Source of the DNA: Leptothoe kymatousa TAU-MAC 1615
Lineage (GTDB): Bacteria > Cyanobacteriota > Cyanobacteriia > Phormidesmidales > Phormidesmidaceae
DNA: 64,000 bases
Reading direction: 5' to 3'
Assembly: GCF_018739865.1 (NCBI RefSeq)
Contig: NZ_JADOER010000004.1
Coordinates: 501,067 to 565,066, forward strand
The notes beneath the pieces are model-generated. The model worked only from the letters and a program-made list of their open reading frames with translations, was not told where the DNA came from and did not search any database. Shown here piece by piece: positions 20,663 through 30,116 of this stretch; the stretch's first letter is position 1, and each line of letters begins with the position of its first letter. The position numbers were made by a program, and so were the translations under genes.

Positions 20663-20836
20663 ATGCAAAACGATTCATCTTATGCTCCATTAAAGAGCAT
20701 GTTTTCTAAATCCCAAACCATATCCCAATCTCTTTGGCAACCGCTCACAGTCGAGCAGCAGGAAGTCACGAAAGGTGGATATTCTCGTGGAATTATTATG
20801 CCGCCAAATCGTCGTGGGACTCCTGGGGGCCATTAG
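20663..20836 (+). CDS. Small peptide P3 (57 aa), same family
   Basis: MQNDSSYAPLKSMFSKSQTISQSLWQPLTVEQQEVTKGGYSRGIIMPPNRRGTPGGH. Confidence 0.55.
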   Translation: MQNDSSYAPLKSMFSKSQTISQSLWQPLTVEQQEVTKGGYSRGIIMPPNRRGTPGGH

Positions 20837-21202
20837 AAAAGACTTAAACTGGCTGCTTTGGACTTATTTGTTGAGGGGGGGCATTCCATCGATAGTTCTT
20901 TGAAGTTATGGGATTAATTAAGGGCTTGTTAAAAAATAAAATCATGACCTTGTTCCTTGACATCATGGCTTAACAAGCCTTTTAGAACTAAACCATGAAG
21001 TAGTTTCTTAACAGATCCTAGCATGAACAAATAGCCAGCCCGTTCAACGAACTGCCTCCTCTGGTACTGCGTTCCAAAGGGGGCAGTCAACTATTCAGGG
21101 TGATACATCATCTCAGTGGTCTTGCAAGGGTGCACTTTATCTAGGTCATCTACGTGGATGATTTTGCTTTATTTTTTTGTTTTTTACAACACCTAACTGG
21201 CC

Positions 21203-21349
21203 ATGCGAAACAATCAAGACATGTCTCAAGCTGAAAACGCATCCGATAGCCTTTGGCAGCCGCTCACAGTTTCACAGCAGGAAACTACCAGGGGTGGTTG
21301 CTGTTGGCTCAGATGGTTTTATTCGCAGTTATATATTCGTCGTGGTTAA
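21203..21349 (+). CDS. Small peptide P4 (48 aa), same family. It is in a different frame from the track ORF 21177..21365
   Basis: MRNNQDMSQAENASDSLWQPLTVSQQETTRGGCCWLRWFYSQLYIRRG. The conserved motif supports this frame over the track ORF. Confidence 0.5.
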   Translation: MRNNQDMSQAENASDSLWQPLTVSQQETTRGGCCWLRWFYSQLYIRRG

Positions 21350-21663
21350 TTCTTGCTTAACGTGAGGCCATAAGCCTGGTTTCGTGGGTTCAAATGGCCC
21401 ATTTCTGGTGTTTTTGTGGTTCTCGTGACGTTTTTAGAAACTCTCGTGGCGAATTTGTCATGCTACCTAGTCGATTGTCTTCTTTTCGTCGATTGTGTTT
21501 GTTAGGGGCAATTGCCCTTTGACCCATAGCGCATGAGGAATTGTGATTCGTTATATCAGCGGCTGTATGGAAACATTCCGTGCAACCGCTGTTGTTTGTT
21601 GGCTTGCTTGCCAACAAGGGCACTTTAGGTAGAAATGTCTATCTGACTTTGAGGCTGGAGCCT

Positions 21664-24321
21664 ATGCGACTCTACCAAGCTTATTCTAGATGGCGGGCAT
21701 GTCTAAGTTTTATAGGCGTGTTAATGATAGCTAACCCTGGCTATGCACAAACTCAAGTCTCAGGGGATGGCACCGTTGGCACGTTGGTCAATGGTGCGTT
21801 GTCTTCAGCTTGCAATACGGGTGTGTGCTCCATTACGGGAGGCACTACCGTTGGCAACAGTCTATTCCACAGCTTTGATCAATTTTCTCTTCAGGCTGGT
21901 GATCAAGCTCAGTTTGAGAATATAGGGGTCGATGCTATTTTTAGTCGGGTAACGGGGGGCATCTCTTCGATTGATGGCATTATTAGTACGACTACGACGG
22001 CCCCGACAGATATTTTTCTTCTAAATCCCCAGGGGATTATTTTTGGTGCTAACGCATCTCTCAATATTGGCGGTTCTTTTCTGGCCAGTACGGCAGATAC
22101 TATGGTGTTTGATAATGGTGCTGCATTTAGTGCCAGTAACCCCACACAGCTAGGTGGTCTTTTAAGCATTAGCACCCCTGTGGGTTTGCAGTATGGTACC
22201 AATCCGGGGGGGATCGAGCTACAGGGCCCTGGACATCAAATGAGCCTATCTCCTTTCTTTGAGTTTGTGCGCACGAACCGACCTGATGGTTTACGGGTAA
22301 ATAGTGGAGAAACCCTTGCACTTTTAGGCGGTCCCGTTACGCTCAATGGTGGCAATGTGACGGCCTTTGGTGGCAATGTTGAGCTTGCGAGCGTCGGTGG
22401 CAATAGTGTGATTGGGCTGCAGCAAAACGATTGGCAGTTTGACTATGCCCAAGCGGCTAATGTGCAAGATATTACCCTGGGCAATGCTAGCTCTGTGGAT
22501 GTTAGTGCAGCGGATGGTGGCTCTGTAAATGTCCGTGCTGGCAACCTATCTTTGGTGGATGGCTCAGTCATTGCGGCTAATCTGCAAGGTCCAGGTACAG
22601 GGGGGGGGATCACGATTGAAACCGATAGCATTTTGGTGCGCGATCGCAGTGGCGACATCAAAAGTGGTTTATACAGTGATGTGGAATTTCCCGCCACAGG
22701 TCAGGGGGGGGATCTCACTATTCAAACCCAACAACTTTCTGTGCTAAATGCCGGTGAACTCTCTGCAAATACCTACTGGGACGGCAACACAGGTAACGTC
22801 TACGTACAGGCCGATACAATCACCATGACCGGCGAGAGTTTTATTGTTTCATTTGGTGATTTTGCCGCCTTTGGTAACACCGGGGATGTCACCGTGACAG
22901 CCAACATCATTGACCTGCGAGACGGTGCCCAAATTGCCACGACAAACCTTGGCGCTGGGGCCACAGGTGTGATGCGGGTGAATGCAGATCAACTATTTTT
23001 CCAGGGGTCTAGTGCTGATGGCATTACCCAAAGCGGTTTAGAGTCCATAGGCCGCATTAGCGATGGTGGCACCATCCTTGTTGATGCAGATACTATCCAA
23101 ATGTTAGATGGCGGGTTGATTGCCGCCAGCACCTTTGGCAGTGCCCCAGGGGGAGATATCACCATTAGCGCCAATAGCCTAAATGCCACTGGGGGTACCC
23201 CCAATGGCGGGCCCAGTGGTGTGCTTAGTTCTGTGTTGCCCAATGGCATTGGCGATGGTGGCAACGTCTTGTTAATGGTGGATCAAATTAGCTTAGCCGA
23301 TGGCGCTAATGTGGGGGTGAATACCTTCGGCGATGGCAATGCCGGTAGTCTTACCATCAATGCCCAGACCATTGACCTTGCCGGGGCGGCTGCAGACGGC
23401 CGCACCGCGATATTAGCCAATGCCATTGAGGGGAGTGGTAATGGTGGAAATATTGATATTACTGCCCAGCAAGTGAATATTCGCGATGGTGCAACGATTA
23501 CCGTGGGCAACTTTCAAACCGTGGGTAATGCAACTCCAGGGCAGGGGGCACCGGGCAACATTACCTTGGTGGCCAATGGGTTGTCGCTCAATAACGATGC
23601 AACAATTGAGGCCGATACGATTGCCGCCAATAACAACCTAGGTAATATTGTATTAAATTTAGACACCCTGACCTTACAACAGGGGAGCCGCATTAGCACC
23701 AATGCCCAAGGTAGTTCCACGGGGGGAAATATTACCATTGATGCTACTATCGCCCTGATTGCAAAAGACAACAGCGATATTTCCGCCAATGCGCAGCAGG
23801 GGGCAGGGGGGCGCATTGTGGTTAATGCCAGCCAAATTTGGGGCACCGAATTTCGGCCCCAGCTCACCCCAGACAATGACATTACCGCAAGTTCTGACCT
23901 CGGGCCTAGCTTTGGGGGCACCGTTGAGCTAAATACCTCCTATCTTGAACCTACCCAGGGGGTGGCGACACTGCCCGCCGCAACGGTAGATGCTGACCAG
24001 CAAGTCGCCCGCCAGTGTTCGGTTGATGATGCCAATTCGTTGGTCGTTAGTGGTCGGGGTGGGGTTGCCGATGACCCCACCCAATCCCTCAGAGACAATC
24101 ATGTTTGGGCGGATTTGCGCCTGCCTGCCCCAGGTCTGTCCCAGGTAAGTGCATTGCCGGACTCTGTAACTGTTGCCGCAAACCAGCTTGCTCCCTCGGA
24201 GGGCGATCGCCTGGTGGAGGCCCAAGCACTCGCCATGGAAGATGGACAGATACAGCTAGTGGCATCAACACAGAGGGAAACCAGTTTTTCAAAAGCAGTA
24301 ATCTGTGGTGCCGAGGCTTAA
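21664..24321 (+). CDS. Filamentous-haemagglutinin N-terminal (TPS) domain exoprotein, TpsA-like, with a parallel beta-helix repeat body. The start is taken at MRLYQAY… (signal peptide)
   Basis: A signal peptide (…VLMIANPGYAQTQ), then TPS-domain motifs (NSLFHSFDQFSL…FLLNPQGIIFGANASLNIGGSFLASTAD), then Gly/Asn-rich beta-helix repeats. Confidence 0.75.
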   Translation: MRLYQAYSRWRACLSFIGVLMIANPGYAQTQVSGDGTVGTLVNGALSSACNTGVCSITGGTTVGNSLFHSFDQFSLQAGDQAQFENIGVDAIFSRVTGGISSIDGIISTTTTAPTDIFLLNPQGIIFGANASLNIGGSFLASTADTMVFDNGAAFSASNPTQLGGLLSISTPVGLQYGTNPGGIELQGPGHQMSLSPFFEFVRTNRPDGLRVNSGETLALLGGPVTLNGGNVTAFGGNVELASVGGNSVIGLQQNDWQFDYAQAANVQDITLGNASSVDVSAADGGSVNVRAGNLSLVDGSVIAANLQGPGTGGGITIETDSILVRDRSGDIKSGLYSDVEFPATGQGGDLTIQTQQLSVLNAGELSANTYWDGNTGNVYVQADTITMTGESFIVSFGDFAAFGNTGDVTVTANIIDLRDGAQIATTNLGAGATGVMRVNADQLFFQGSSADGITQSGLESIGRISDGGTILVDADTIQMLDGGLIAASTFGSAPGGDITISANSLNATGGTPNGGPSGVLSSVLPNGIGDGGNVLLMVDQISLADGANVGVNTFGDGNAGSLTINAQTIDLAGAAADGRTAILANAIEGSGNGGNIDITAQQVNIRDGATITVGNFQTVGNATPGQGAPGNITLVANGLSLNNDATIEADTIAANNNLGNIVLNLDTLTLQQGSRISTNAQGSSTGGNITIDATIALIAKDNSDISANAQQGAGGRIVVNASQIWGTEFRPQLTPDNDITASSDLGPSFGGTVELNTSYLEPTQGVATLPAATVDADQQVARQCSVDDANSLVVSGRGGVADDPTQSLRDNHVWADLRLPAPGLSQVSALPDSVTVAANQLAPSEGDRLVEAQALAMEDGQIQLVASTQRETSFSKAVICGAEA

Positions 24322-24578
24322 TACGCTAAGTCGTCCACAAAGATTTCTTCTTCGAGATAAATCACTTCTTCCTTCAGGTAGTCTCCTTCAAAAAAGTCGT
24401 CTTCTTCCAGGATGACTTCTTCATCAAACTCGATCTCTTCTATAAGGAATTCTTCTTCAAGGTAGTCTCCTTCTAGATATTCTTCTTCGAAAAAACCGTC
24501 TTCTGGGTATACGTTTTGAGCGGCAGTAGGCGAAGCGACTAACAGGGCTATAGCCAGTGCAAATATGATGTGTTTCAT
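24318..24578 (-). CDS. Small secreted, highly acidic repeat protein (about 86 aa)
   Basis: Clear signal peptide (MKHIIFALAIALLVASPTAAQ). The mature part is about 55% Glu/Asp with reiterated EE(E)YLEGDYLEEEF-type units. Convergent with the TpsA-like gene, overlapping it by 4 nt. Confidence 0.45.
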   Translation of the reverse strand: MKHIIFALAIALLVASPTAAQNVYPEDGFFEEEYLEGDYLEEEFLIEEIEFDEEVILEEDDFFEGDYLKEEVIYLEEEIFVDDLAY

Positions 24579-24976
24579 AGTTGGTTTCTTAAATGCTGTT
24601 GATCGGTAGATCCGTGCCTGATGTATACCAAATCTAAATTCAACAACTTAGATAAAAACTAGATAAATCTGTAGATTCAGCGCCTTCTAGTTCCTCGCTG
24701 ATGGCTGATAGCATTAACCAGGATTGCCGTTGCTGATTTAGAAGATCAATCGGTCGGTCAACTATTCACTCTTTTGGAATTTATCGGATAATATTATCGA
24801 GAGAATGAGCAACGCCCAGAATTTTATCTAAGGTTATTCATCAGAGTACCCTGAGATATTTGTAGACTAACCTGTAATACAAAAAACAATGGAGATTGTT
24901 GTTCCCCTGTGGGTTTATAATTGTTTACATTGAAATTCTTGGGTTAGGTGTCACCACTACTGACGAGCTGATGACG

Positions 24977-27900
24977 TTAGGCTAAATTTTTTGTAGCAGA
25001 ACGATGCAGCAGCAAATGAGCCGATGGAATAAAGTACAGTGCCAACAGCGTTGCCCCACTTAACCCGCCTGCAATAGAAATCGCCAACGGTGGCCAAAAC
25101 CCAGTCGAGTCCAATAAGAGTGGCGTGAATCCAATAATTGTGGTGACTGTGGTAGCGACCACATGGCGTGTTGCCTTAACGACGACATGGCGTGTTGCGG
25201 CGGGGTCTCCTTTGCGCGCCAGCGGATCATCACGGAGGGCGGCTAAAACAACAATTGAATCATTAATGGCAAGGCCAATTAAGCCTAATGTTCCGAGGAT
25301 AGCCGTAAAGCCAAATAGCGAGTTGAACAGCCACAGGGCCATGGCTGCTAGACCTACTGCCGCTATGGCAACAACTGCGAGCAACCCGGCGAGGGCAAAG
25401 GAGTTAAATGACAACACCAGGGTGGCTGTCATCAGAACCATTAAAACACCCACGGTGGATAACAAACTCCCCACCGCTGAGCCCCGGGCATCCGCTTCAC
25501 CGCCATAGCTCAGGCGATATCCTGCGGGTAGCTCGAAGTTTTGTTGTGCTAGCGCTGTTTGGAAATCAGCTAAAACACTGCTGGGCAGCGAGCCAGCGGT
25601 CAGAAATGCTTGGACCGTATTTACCCGTTGGCCGTCTGTGCGGGCAATCGTACTCAGTTCTGGTTTGAGCTCTACGGCGGCTACGGCAGAAAATGGAATT
25701 GTCGTGCCAGTGGGGCTGAGTAAATCTAAGGACTCAATGCTGGGTAGGTCGCCCCGCTCGGTGGTTGGTAGCTGTACCCGCACAGGAATGTTTTCCGTAT
25801 CTTCGAGAATAGAGCCCCCGAGCTGTCCATCGAGCAGAGTGCTGAGTTGAGCGGCGATGTCACCATTGCTGAGACCCACCCGCTGTGCCGCCACCTCATC
25901 TACGGCTATGGCTAGTTTGGGTGACAATTCTGTCAGCGTTGCCCGTGTGTGGGTAACATTGTTGAGCTGGGATAAGGTTAGCCGTAAATCGTTGCCTAGG
26001 GTTCTTAGGATTTCTAGATCTGGCCCATACAGGCTAACCTCAATGGGGGCATCAAATGGGGGCCCTTGTTCTAGCTGTTTTACTAAGATTTGGGCATCAG
26101 GAAATGCGGCATCCAGCTCGCTCTGTAGGGTGCGGATGGTGCCACGCAGGTCGTCTGTGGAGTTTAGTTGGACAATACCCTGGGCATATTCAGCCGCGTT
26201 GCGACGACTGCCCACGACGTTATAGAAAAATGTTGGGGCACTTTTGCCGAGAAACCAGTGGATATCTTGGACCGCTGGATGTTGTTGAATTAATTCGCGA
26301 ATGGCTAAGGTTTCTTGTCGGGTGGTTGCGATCGCACTTGCAGCCGGACGTTCCACTTCAATCTGAAACTGATCGCGGTTGGTGGGAGGAAAAAACTGTT
26401 GCGGCAGGCTAGCAAATTGGATAAACCCCACAACTGGCAACACCATGGCCACCAATATCCCTAGAACTGGCCGTCGAAAAACGACCCTAAGACTGCCCTC
26501 ATAAAGGCTAGCCAGCTTCGGATTAGACCACCCTCCCATGCTCCAGTGTTGCGATTGGGGCCGTAACGGTTTCCAACGATACACTAAACCTGCCAAGGCC
26601 ACGAGCACGGTTAGCGATAAAGTGAGTGAACTAAGCAGGGCCAAAATAACCGTCGTGCCAATGGTGCCAATAAATTCTCCTGTGCCCCCAGGGGAGGTGG
26701 CAATGGGCACAAAGGCCAACACCGTTGTGAGCGTCGAAGCCAGTAGCGGCACCGCCAAATGCTTCACGGTGGTAGAGACAGCCTCAGCTGGGCGGCTACC
26801 ATTTTGCAGATGTGAGCTGACCTCATCCACCACCACAATGGCATTGTCAATCAGTAGGCCCAACGCAATAATCAGCCCGGTAACTGACATTTGGTGCAAT
26901 GGAATGCCCAACACCTTCATGCTGCCAAATACCATGAGCGTTGACAGCGGTAATGCTAGGCCAACAATCAGGGCAGATCGCCAGCCCAAAACCACGAGCG
27001 ATATGCCTATTACCAACAGCGAACTCAGCAGCAGGTTGCCAATGACGCCATTTAAGCGCTCTTGCACATACCGACTCTGATCCAGCACAATGCTGATCCC
27101 TAACCCGTCGGATAGCTCCGCTTCAAATTCTTTTAGCGCCTTTCTTGCCTGGTGGGCCCATTGGTCTACGCGATAATCAGATTCCACCGTTGTCGCAATC
27201 ACAATGGCTGGTTTGCCCGCCACCAGGGCCAAATCAGACACCGGATTTTGGATTCCCTTTTCTACCCGGGCAATGTCCCCTAGCTGGGCGATTTGGCCCT
27301 CGGTGCCTAGCCGGATAGGAATGGCCCGAATCCGATCTAATGAATCCAGGGCGCTATCGACCTCAAACAAGAGTTCGGTATTGTCCCCTTGCAGTTCTCC
27401 GGTAGACACCTTGGCATCACTGGCCGCAATCTGTTGCGAGAGCTGTTGCGCACTGATGCCCAGCTGGACTAAATCCGCCTGGCTAATTTCCACGCGAATC
27501 TCTTCAGCGGGCTCCCCAAATAGTTCCACACTGTCGGTGCCTGGCAAGTTCCGCAGGCTGGCATCCAGACCCTCTGCCACCCGTCGTAAAATCGTATAGT
27601 TGGCGGGGGTGTCTAGGTCCCACGTCAGACCCACAATCATGGCACTGGCCTTAACCTCTGAATCCTCATAGTCTGGGCGGCTCGCTTCAGCCGGCAAGGC
27701 CGGAATGACATCGTCAATTTGGCTGCGCACCCTGGCCCATACTGGCTCCACATTGGCGATGGTTTCCTTTAGCTCTACGGTGACGACAGATAGGCCCGGA
27801 CTGGACGATGACTGAATTTCTTCAATTGCTTCAATGTCCGCTAGTTCTTCTTCGATTTTGTCTGTGACTAGAGACTCTACCCGCTCGGCACTGGCCCCCG

Positions 27901-28048
27901 GTAAAACAGTGGTTACCGTTGAGACACGCTGCACAATTTCAGGATCCTCTAGTCGGGGTAAGGAGAGAAACGCCGATAGGCCCCAAACAATTACTAAGGT
28001 GAGGGTCAGAAATAATAACTGACGATTTCGGAAGAACAGATTAAACAT
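24977..28048 (-). CDS. Efflux RND transporter permease (AcrB/HAE1-like). The start is taken at MFNLFFRN
   Basis: About 1023 aa with 12 TM helices and two large periplasmic loops. RND N-terminus MFNLFFRNRQLLFLTL. Confidence 0.85.
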   Translation of the reverse strand: MFNLFFRNRQLLFLTLTLVIVWGLSAFLSLPRLEDPEIVQRVSTVTTVLPGASAERVESLVTDKIEEELADIEAIEEIQSSSSPGLSVVTVELKETIANVEPVWARVRSQIDDVIPALPAEASRPDYEDSEVKASAMIVGLTWDLDTPANYTILRRVAEGLDASLRNLPGTDSVELFGEPAEEIRVEISQADLVQLGISAQQLSQQIAASDAKVSTGELQGDNTELLFEVDSALDSLDRIRAIPIRLGTEGQIAQLGDIARVEKGIQNPVSDLALVAGKPAIVIATTVESDYRVDQWAHQARKALKEFEAELSDGLGISIVLDQSRYVQERLNGVIGNLLLSSLLVIGISLVVLGWRSALIVGLALPLSTLMVFGSMKVLGIPLHQMSVTGLIIALGLLIDNAIVVVDEVSSHLQNGSRPAEAVSTTVKHLAVPLLASTLTTVLAFVPIATSPGGTGEFIGTIGTTVILALLSSLTLSLTVLVALAGLVYRWKPLRPQSQHWSMGGWSNPKLASLYEGSLRVVFRRPVLGILVAMVLPVVGFIQFASLPQQFFPPTNRDQFQIEVERPAASAIATTRQETLAIRELIQQHPAVQDIHWFLGKSAPTFFYNVVGSRRNAAEYAQGIVQLNSTDDLRGTIRTLQSELDAAFPDAQILVKQLEQGPPFDAPIEVSLYGPDLEILRTLGNDLRLTLSQLNNVTHTRATLTELSPKLAIAVDEVAAQRVGLSNGDIAAQLSTLLDGQLGGSILEDTENIPVRVQLPTTERGDLPSIESLDLLSPTGTTIPFSAVAAVELKPELSTIARTDGQRVNTVQAFLTAGSLPSSVLADFQTALAQQNFELPAGYRLSYGGEADARGSAVGSLLSTVGVLMVLMTATLVLSFNSFALAGLLAVVAIAAVGLAAMALWLFNSLFGFTAILGTLGLIGLAINDSIVVLAALRDDPLARKGDPAATRHVVVKATRHVVATTVTTIIGFTPLLLDSTGFWPPLAISIAGGLSGATLLALYFIPSAHLLLHRSATKNLA

Positions 28049-28162
28049 AAAAAATCTGGATTTTGTAGAGTTTTTATAGGGCACTAGTTAACCAATCAAA
28101 ACTCGCTTCACTCGCCTGAGTTTGGCCTCCATGCAGGGAGACCTGTTCGCCTACCCCTGGGG

Positions 28163-29458
28163 CTAATTTTGCACTAATTGCCCCGGCACCAAACGATGTG
28201 CCCCTCCGGTAATCACTTCTTCTCCCGTCTTTAGTAGCCCCCTGACAAACGCCCTATCCCCGTCTGTGTAAAGTACCTCCACCTCCCTCCGGCTGACCTG
28301 ATGAAACTCTTCATTGGCCGCTTTAGCGTCACCCAGTACATAGGCCGACCATAGCCCCCGTTCCCCGGCCACCAAGGCACTGGTCGGTAGCCAATATCCC
28401 AGTTCGTTTTGTTTCTCTGGTAGGTTCCACCGTGCTGTTGCCCCCACAATGGGTTGTGCGTCAGCGGACAGCGTCACCACCACCGTTACCGTTTGGCTAG
28501 CGTCATCTATTTCGGGTAATAGTGCCGTGACGTTGCCTGGGTAAGCCTGACCGTTCACTTCAATCACTTGAGCGCTGCCGGTTGTAATGCGACTGGCCAA
28601 TGGGCTGGGGACTCCAATGCGGGCTTCAAGGGCTTGGTTTTCTACCAAACGCAGCACCGTTTGCCCTGGCCCGACCACCGCACCTTCATCCACCATGCGG
28701 GCTGAGACTCGACCATTAAAGGGGGCATAGATCACACTTTTGGCAATGGACACATCCATATTTTTTAGCTGTGCATCAATTTGTTCTACTTGGGCATCCT
28801 GGGCCGTAATTTGTTCTACTCGGGTGCCCGTATTCAGCTCATTTAACTGGCTGGTGGCCTGGCTCAGGCGACTTTCTAGGGCATTGGCACCAAAGACAGC
28901 CTGGTCTCGTTCTTCTAGGGAAATGGCACCTTTGAGGTATAGCTCTTCCCGGCGTTTCTGTTGTAGCCTTGCTAGATCTAGCTGAGCTTGTAAATCTTCC
29001 ACGGCGGCGGCGGCGGCAGAAATGTCTTCCTGGCGAGGCCCCTGTTCTAATTCTTGAAATTGGGCCTGGGCCTGGCGACGTTGGGCTTCTAGCTGTTGTC
29101 GTTGGGCTGCCAGATTACGGGTATCGAGTCGGGCTAGGGGGGTACCTTGGGGGACGGTGTCGCCATCTTCGACGAAAACTTCCATCAGGGTGCCGGTTTG
29201 CTCAAACCCTAAATCGCTGCTGCGTCGGGCAACGATGGTGCCGGTATAGGTGCGTTCTACCTGGTATTGGGTGACTGGTTTGAGTACTTGGGTTTGGACG
29301 GGAAGCGGAGACCCGGTGTCCTCTGCGATCGCAGAGTCAGAGCGAAAGCGTCCTAACCATAGGGCGGGCACGGCCAGCATCGGCAGCAACCACAGCCATT
29401 GTATGGACCGACCGCTTTTGCCCTGATCAGACCTGGAGTCGGATGTTGGGGAAACCAT
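28163..29458 (-). CDS. Efflux RND periplasmic adaptor (membrane fusion protein, HlyD family)
   Basis: N-terminal TM, a coiled-coil hairpin (LEAQRRQAQAQFQELEQ…LDLARLQQKRREEL) and beta-barrel regions. Immediately upstream of the RND permease. Confidence 0.8.
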   Translation of the reverse strand: MVSPTSDSRSDQGKSGRSIQWLWLLPMLAVPALWLGRFRSDSAIAEDTGSPLPVQTQVLKPVTQYQVERTYTGTIVARRSSDLGFEQTGTLMEVFVEDGDTVPQGTPLARLDTRNLAAQRQQLEAQRRQAQAQFQELEQGPRQEDISAAAAAVEDLQAQLDLARLQQKRREELYLKGAISLEERDQAVFGANALESRLSQATSQLNELNTGTRVEQITAQDAQVEQIDAQLKNMDVSIAKSVIYAPFNGRVSARMVDEGAVVGPGQTVLRLVENQALEARIGVPSPLASRITTGSAQVIEVNGQAYPGNVTALLPEIDDASQTVTVVVTLSADAQPIVGATARWNLPEKQNELGYWLPTSALVAGERGLWSAYVLGDAKAANEEFHQVSRREVEVLYTDGDRAFVRGLLKTGEEVITGGAHRLVPGQLVQN

Positions 29459-29475
29459 GGCATCATATCCAAAAG

Positions 29476-29517
29476 GTTGATATTCAAATAGTTGATATTC
29501 AAATAGTTGAATATATG
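29476..29517. promoter_or_regulatory. Tandem 15-bp repeats (gttgatattcaaata x2 plus a partial copy) that form TATTCAA/TTGAATA inverted repeats. Candidate PadR operator in the divergent promoter region
   Basis: Read directly. Lies in the 112-bp gap between the membrane fusion protein/RND operon and the PadR gene. Confidence 0.45.
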
Positions 29518-29570
29518 TCCGTAGCGTATACTCAACAAGTTGGATATGTCAATGTGAACTTGCAACGCCT

Positions 29571-30116
29571 ATGGCCATAGCCCATACCATCCTTGCGCTG
29601 CTTGCCCAGCGACCCAATAGCGGATACGACATCAGCAAACGTTTTGATGAAGGATTAAGCTGCTATTGGCAAGCGTCCCAGCAGCAGATCTATCGAGAAC
29701 TTGGCAAAATGGAAGTCCAGGGCTGGGTGGATTTTGAGAAAGTGCCCCAAGCTGGCAAGCCCGATAAAAAGGTCTACAACATCACCGATGCCGGATGGGT
29801 AGAACTGACTCGTTGGTATGCAGAGCCAACGGAGCCGACTCAAATCCGTGAGGATTTGCTGGTCAAGGTGATGATTGGCTATAAAGTGCCTCGGAAACTG
29901 TTATTGCAGGAGCTACACCACCGTCAGGTGTTACATCAGTCTCAGTTAGACGACTATCGTGCCATCGAAGCGGCCTGTTTAGGAGAGCCCGACCCTTCGG
30001 TGGAAATGCAGTTTAAGTATCTCACCCTCAAGCGCGGCATTGCCTTTGAAGAAAGCTGGTTGCAGTGGTGTGATGATGTGCTTAATTTTTTAAAGCAGCA
30101 CGATGCTAATCCGTAG
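29571..30116 (+). CDS. PadR-family transcriptional regulator
   Basis: The N-terminal winged-helix region ILALLAQRPNSGYDISKRFDEGLSCYWQASQQQIYRELGKMEVQGWV is PadR-like. Divergent from the efflux operon. Confidence 0.8.
   Translation: MAIAHTILALLAQRPNSGYDISKRFDEGLSCYWQASQQQIYRELGKMEVQGWVDFEKVPQAGKPDKKVYNITDAGWVELTRWYAEPTEPTQIREDLLVKVMIGYKVPRKLLLQELHHRQVLHQSQLDDYRAIEAACLGEPDPSVEMQFKYLTLKRGIAFEESWLQWCDDVLNFLKQHDANP

Noticed and set aside
21177-21365. Track ORF of 62 aa overlapping peptide P4 in another frame
   Set aside because: The overlapping frame (21203..21349) reproduces the LWQPLTVxQQE…GG…RRG pattern shared by three neighbouring peptides. The track ORF has no such support.
25125-27599. Numerous plus-strand ORFs of 120-180 aa, rich in Ala/Ser/Thr/Arg
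   Set aside because: Antisense frames of the RND permease gene, whose sense frame shows the full 12-TM RND architecture.
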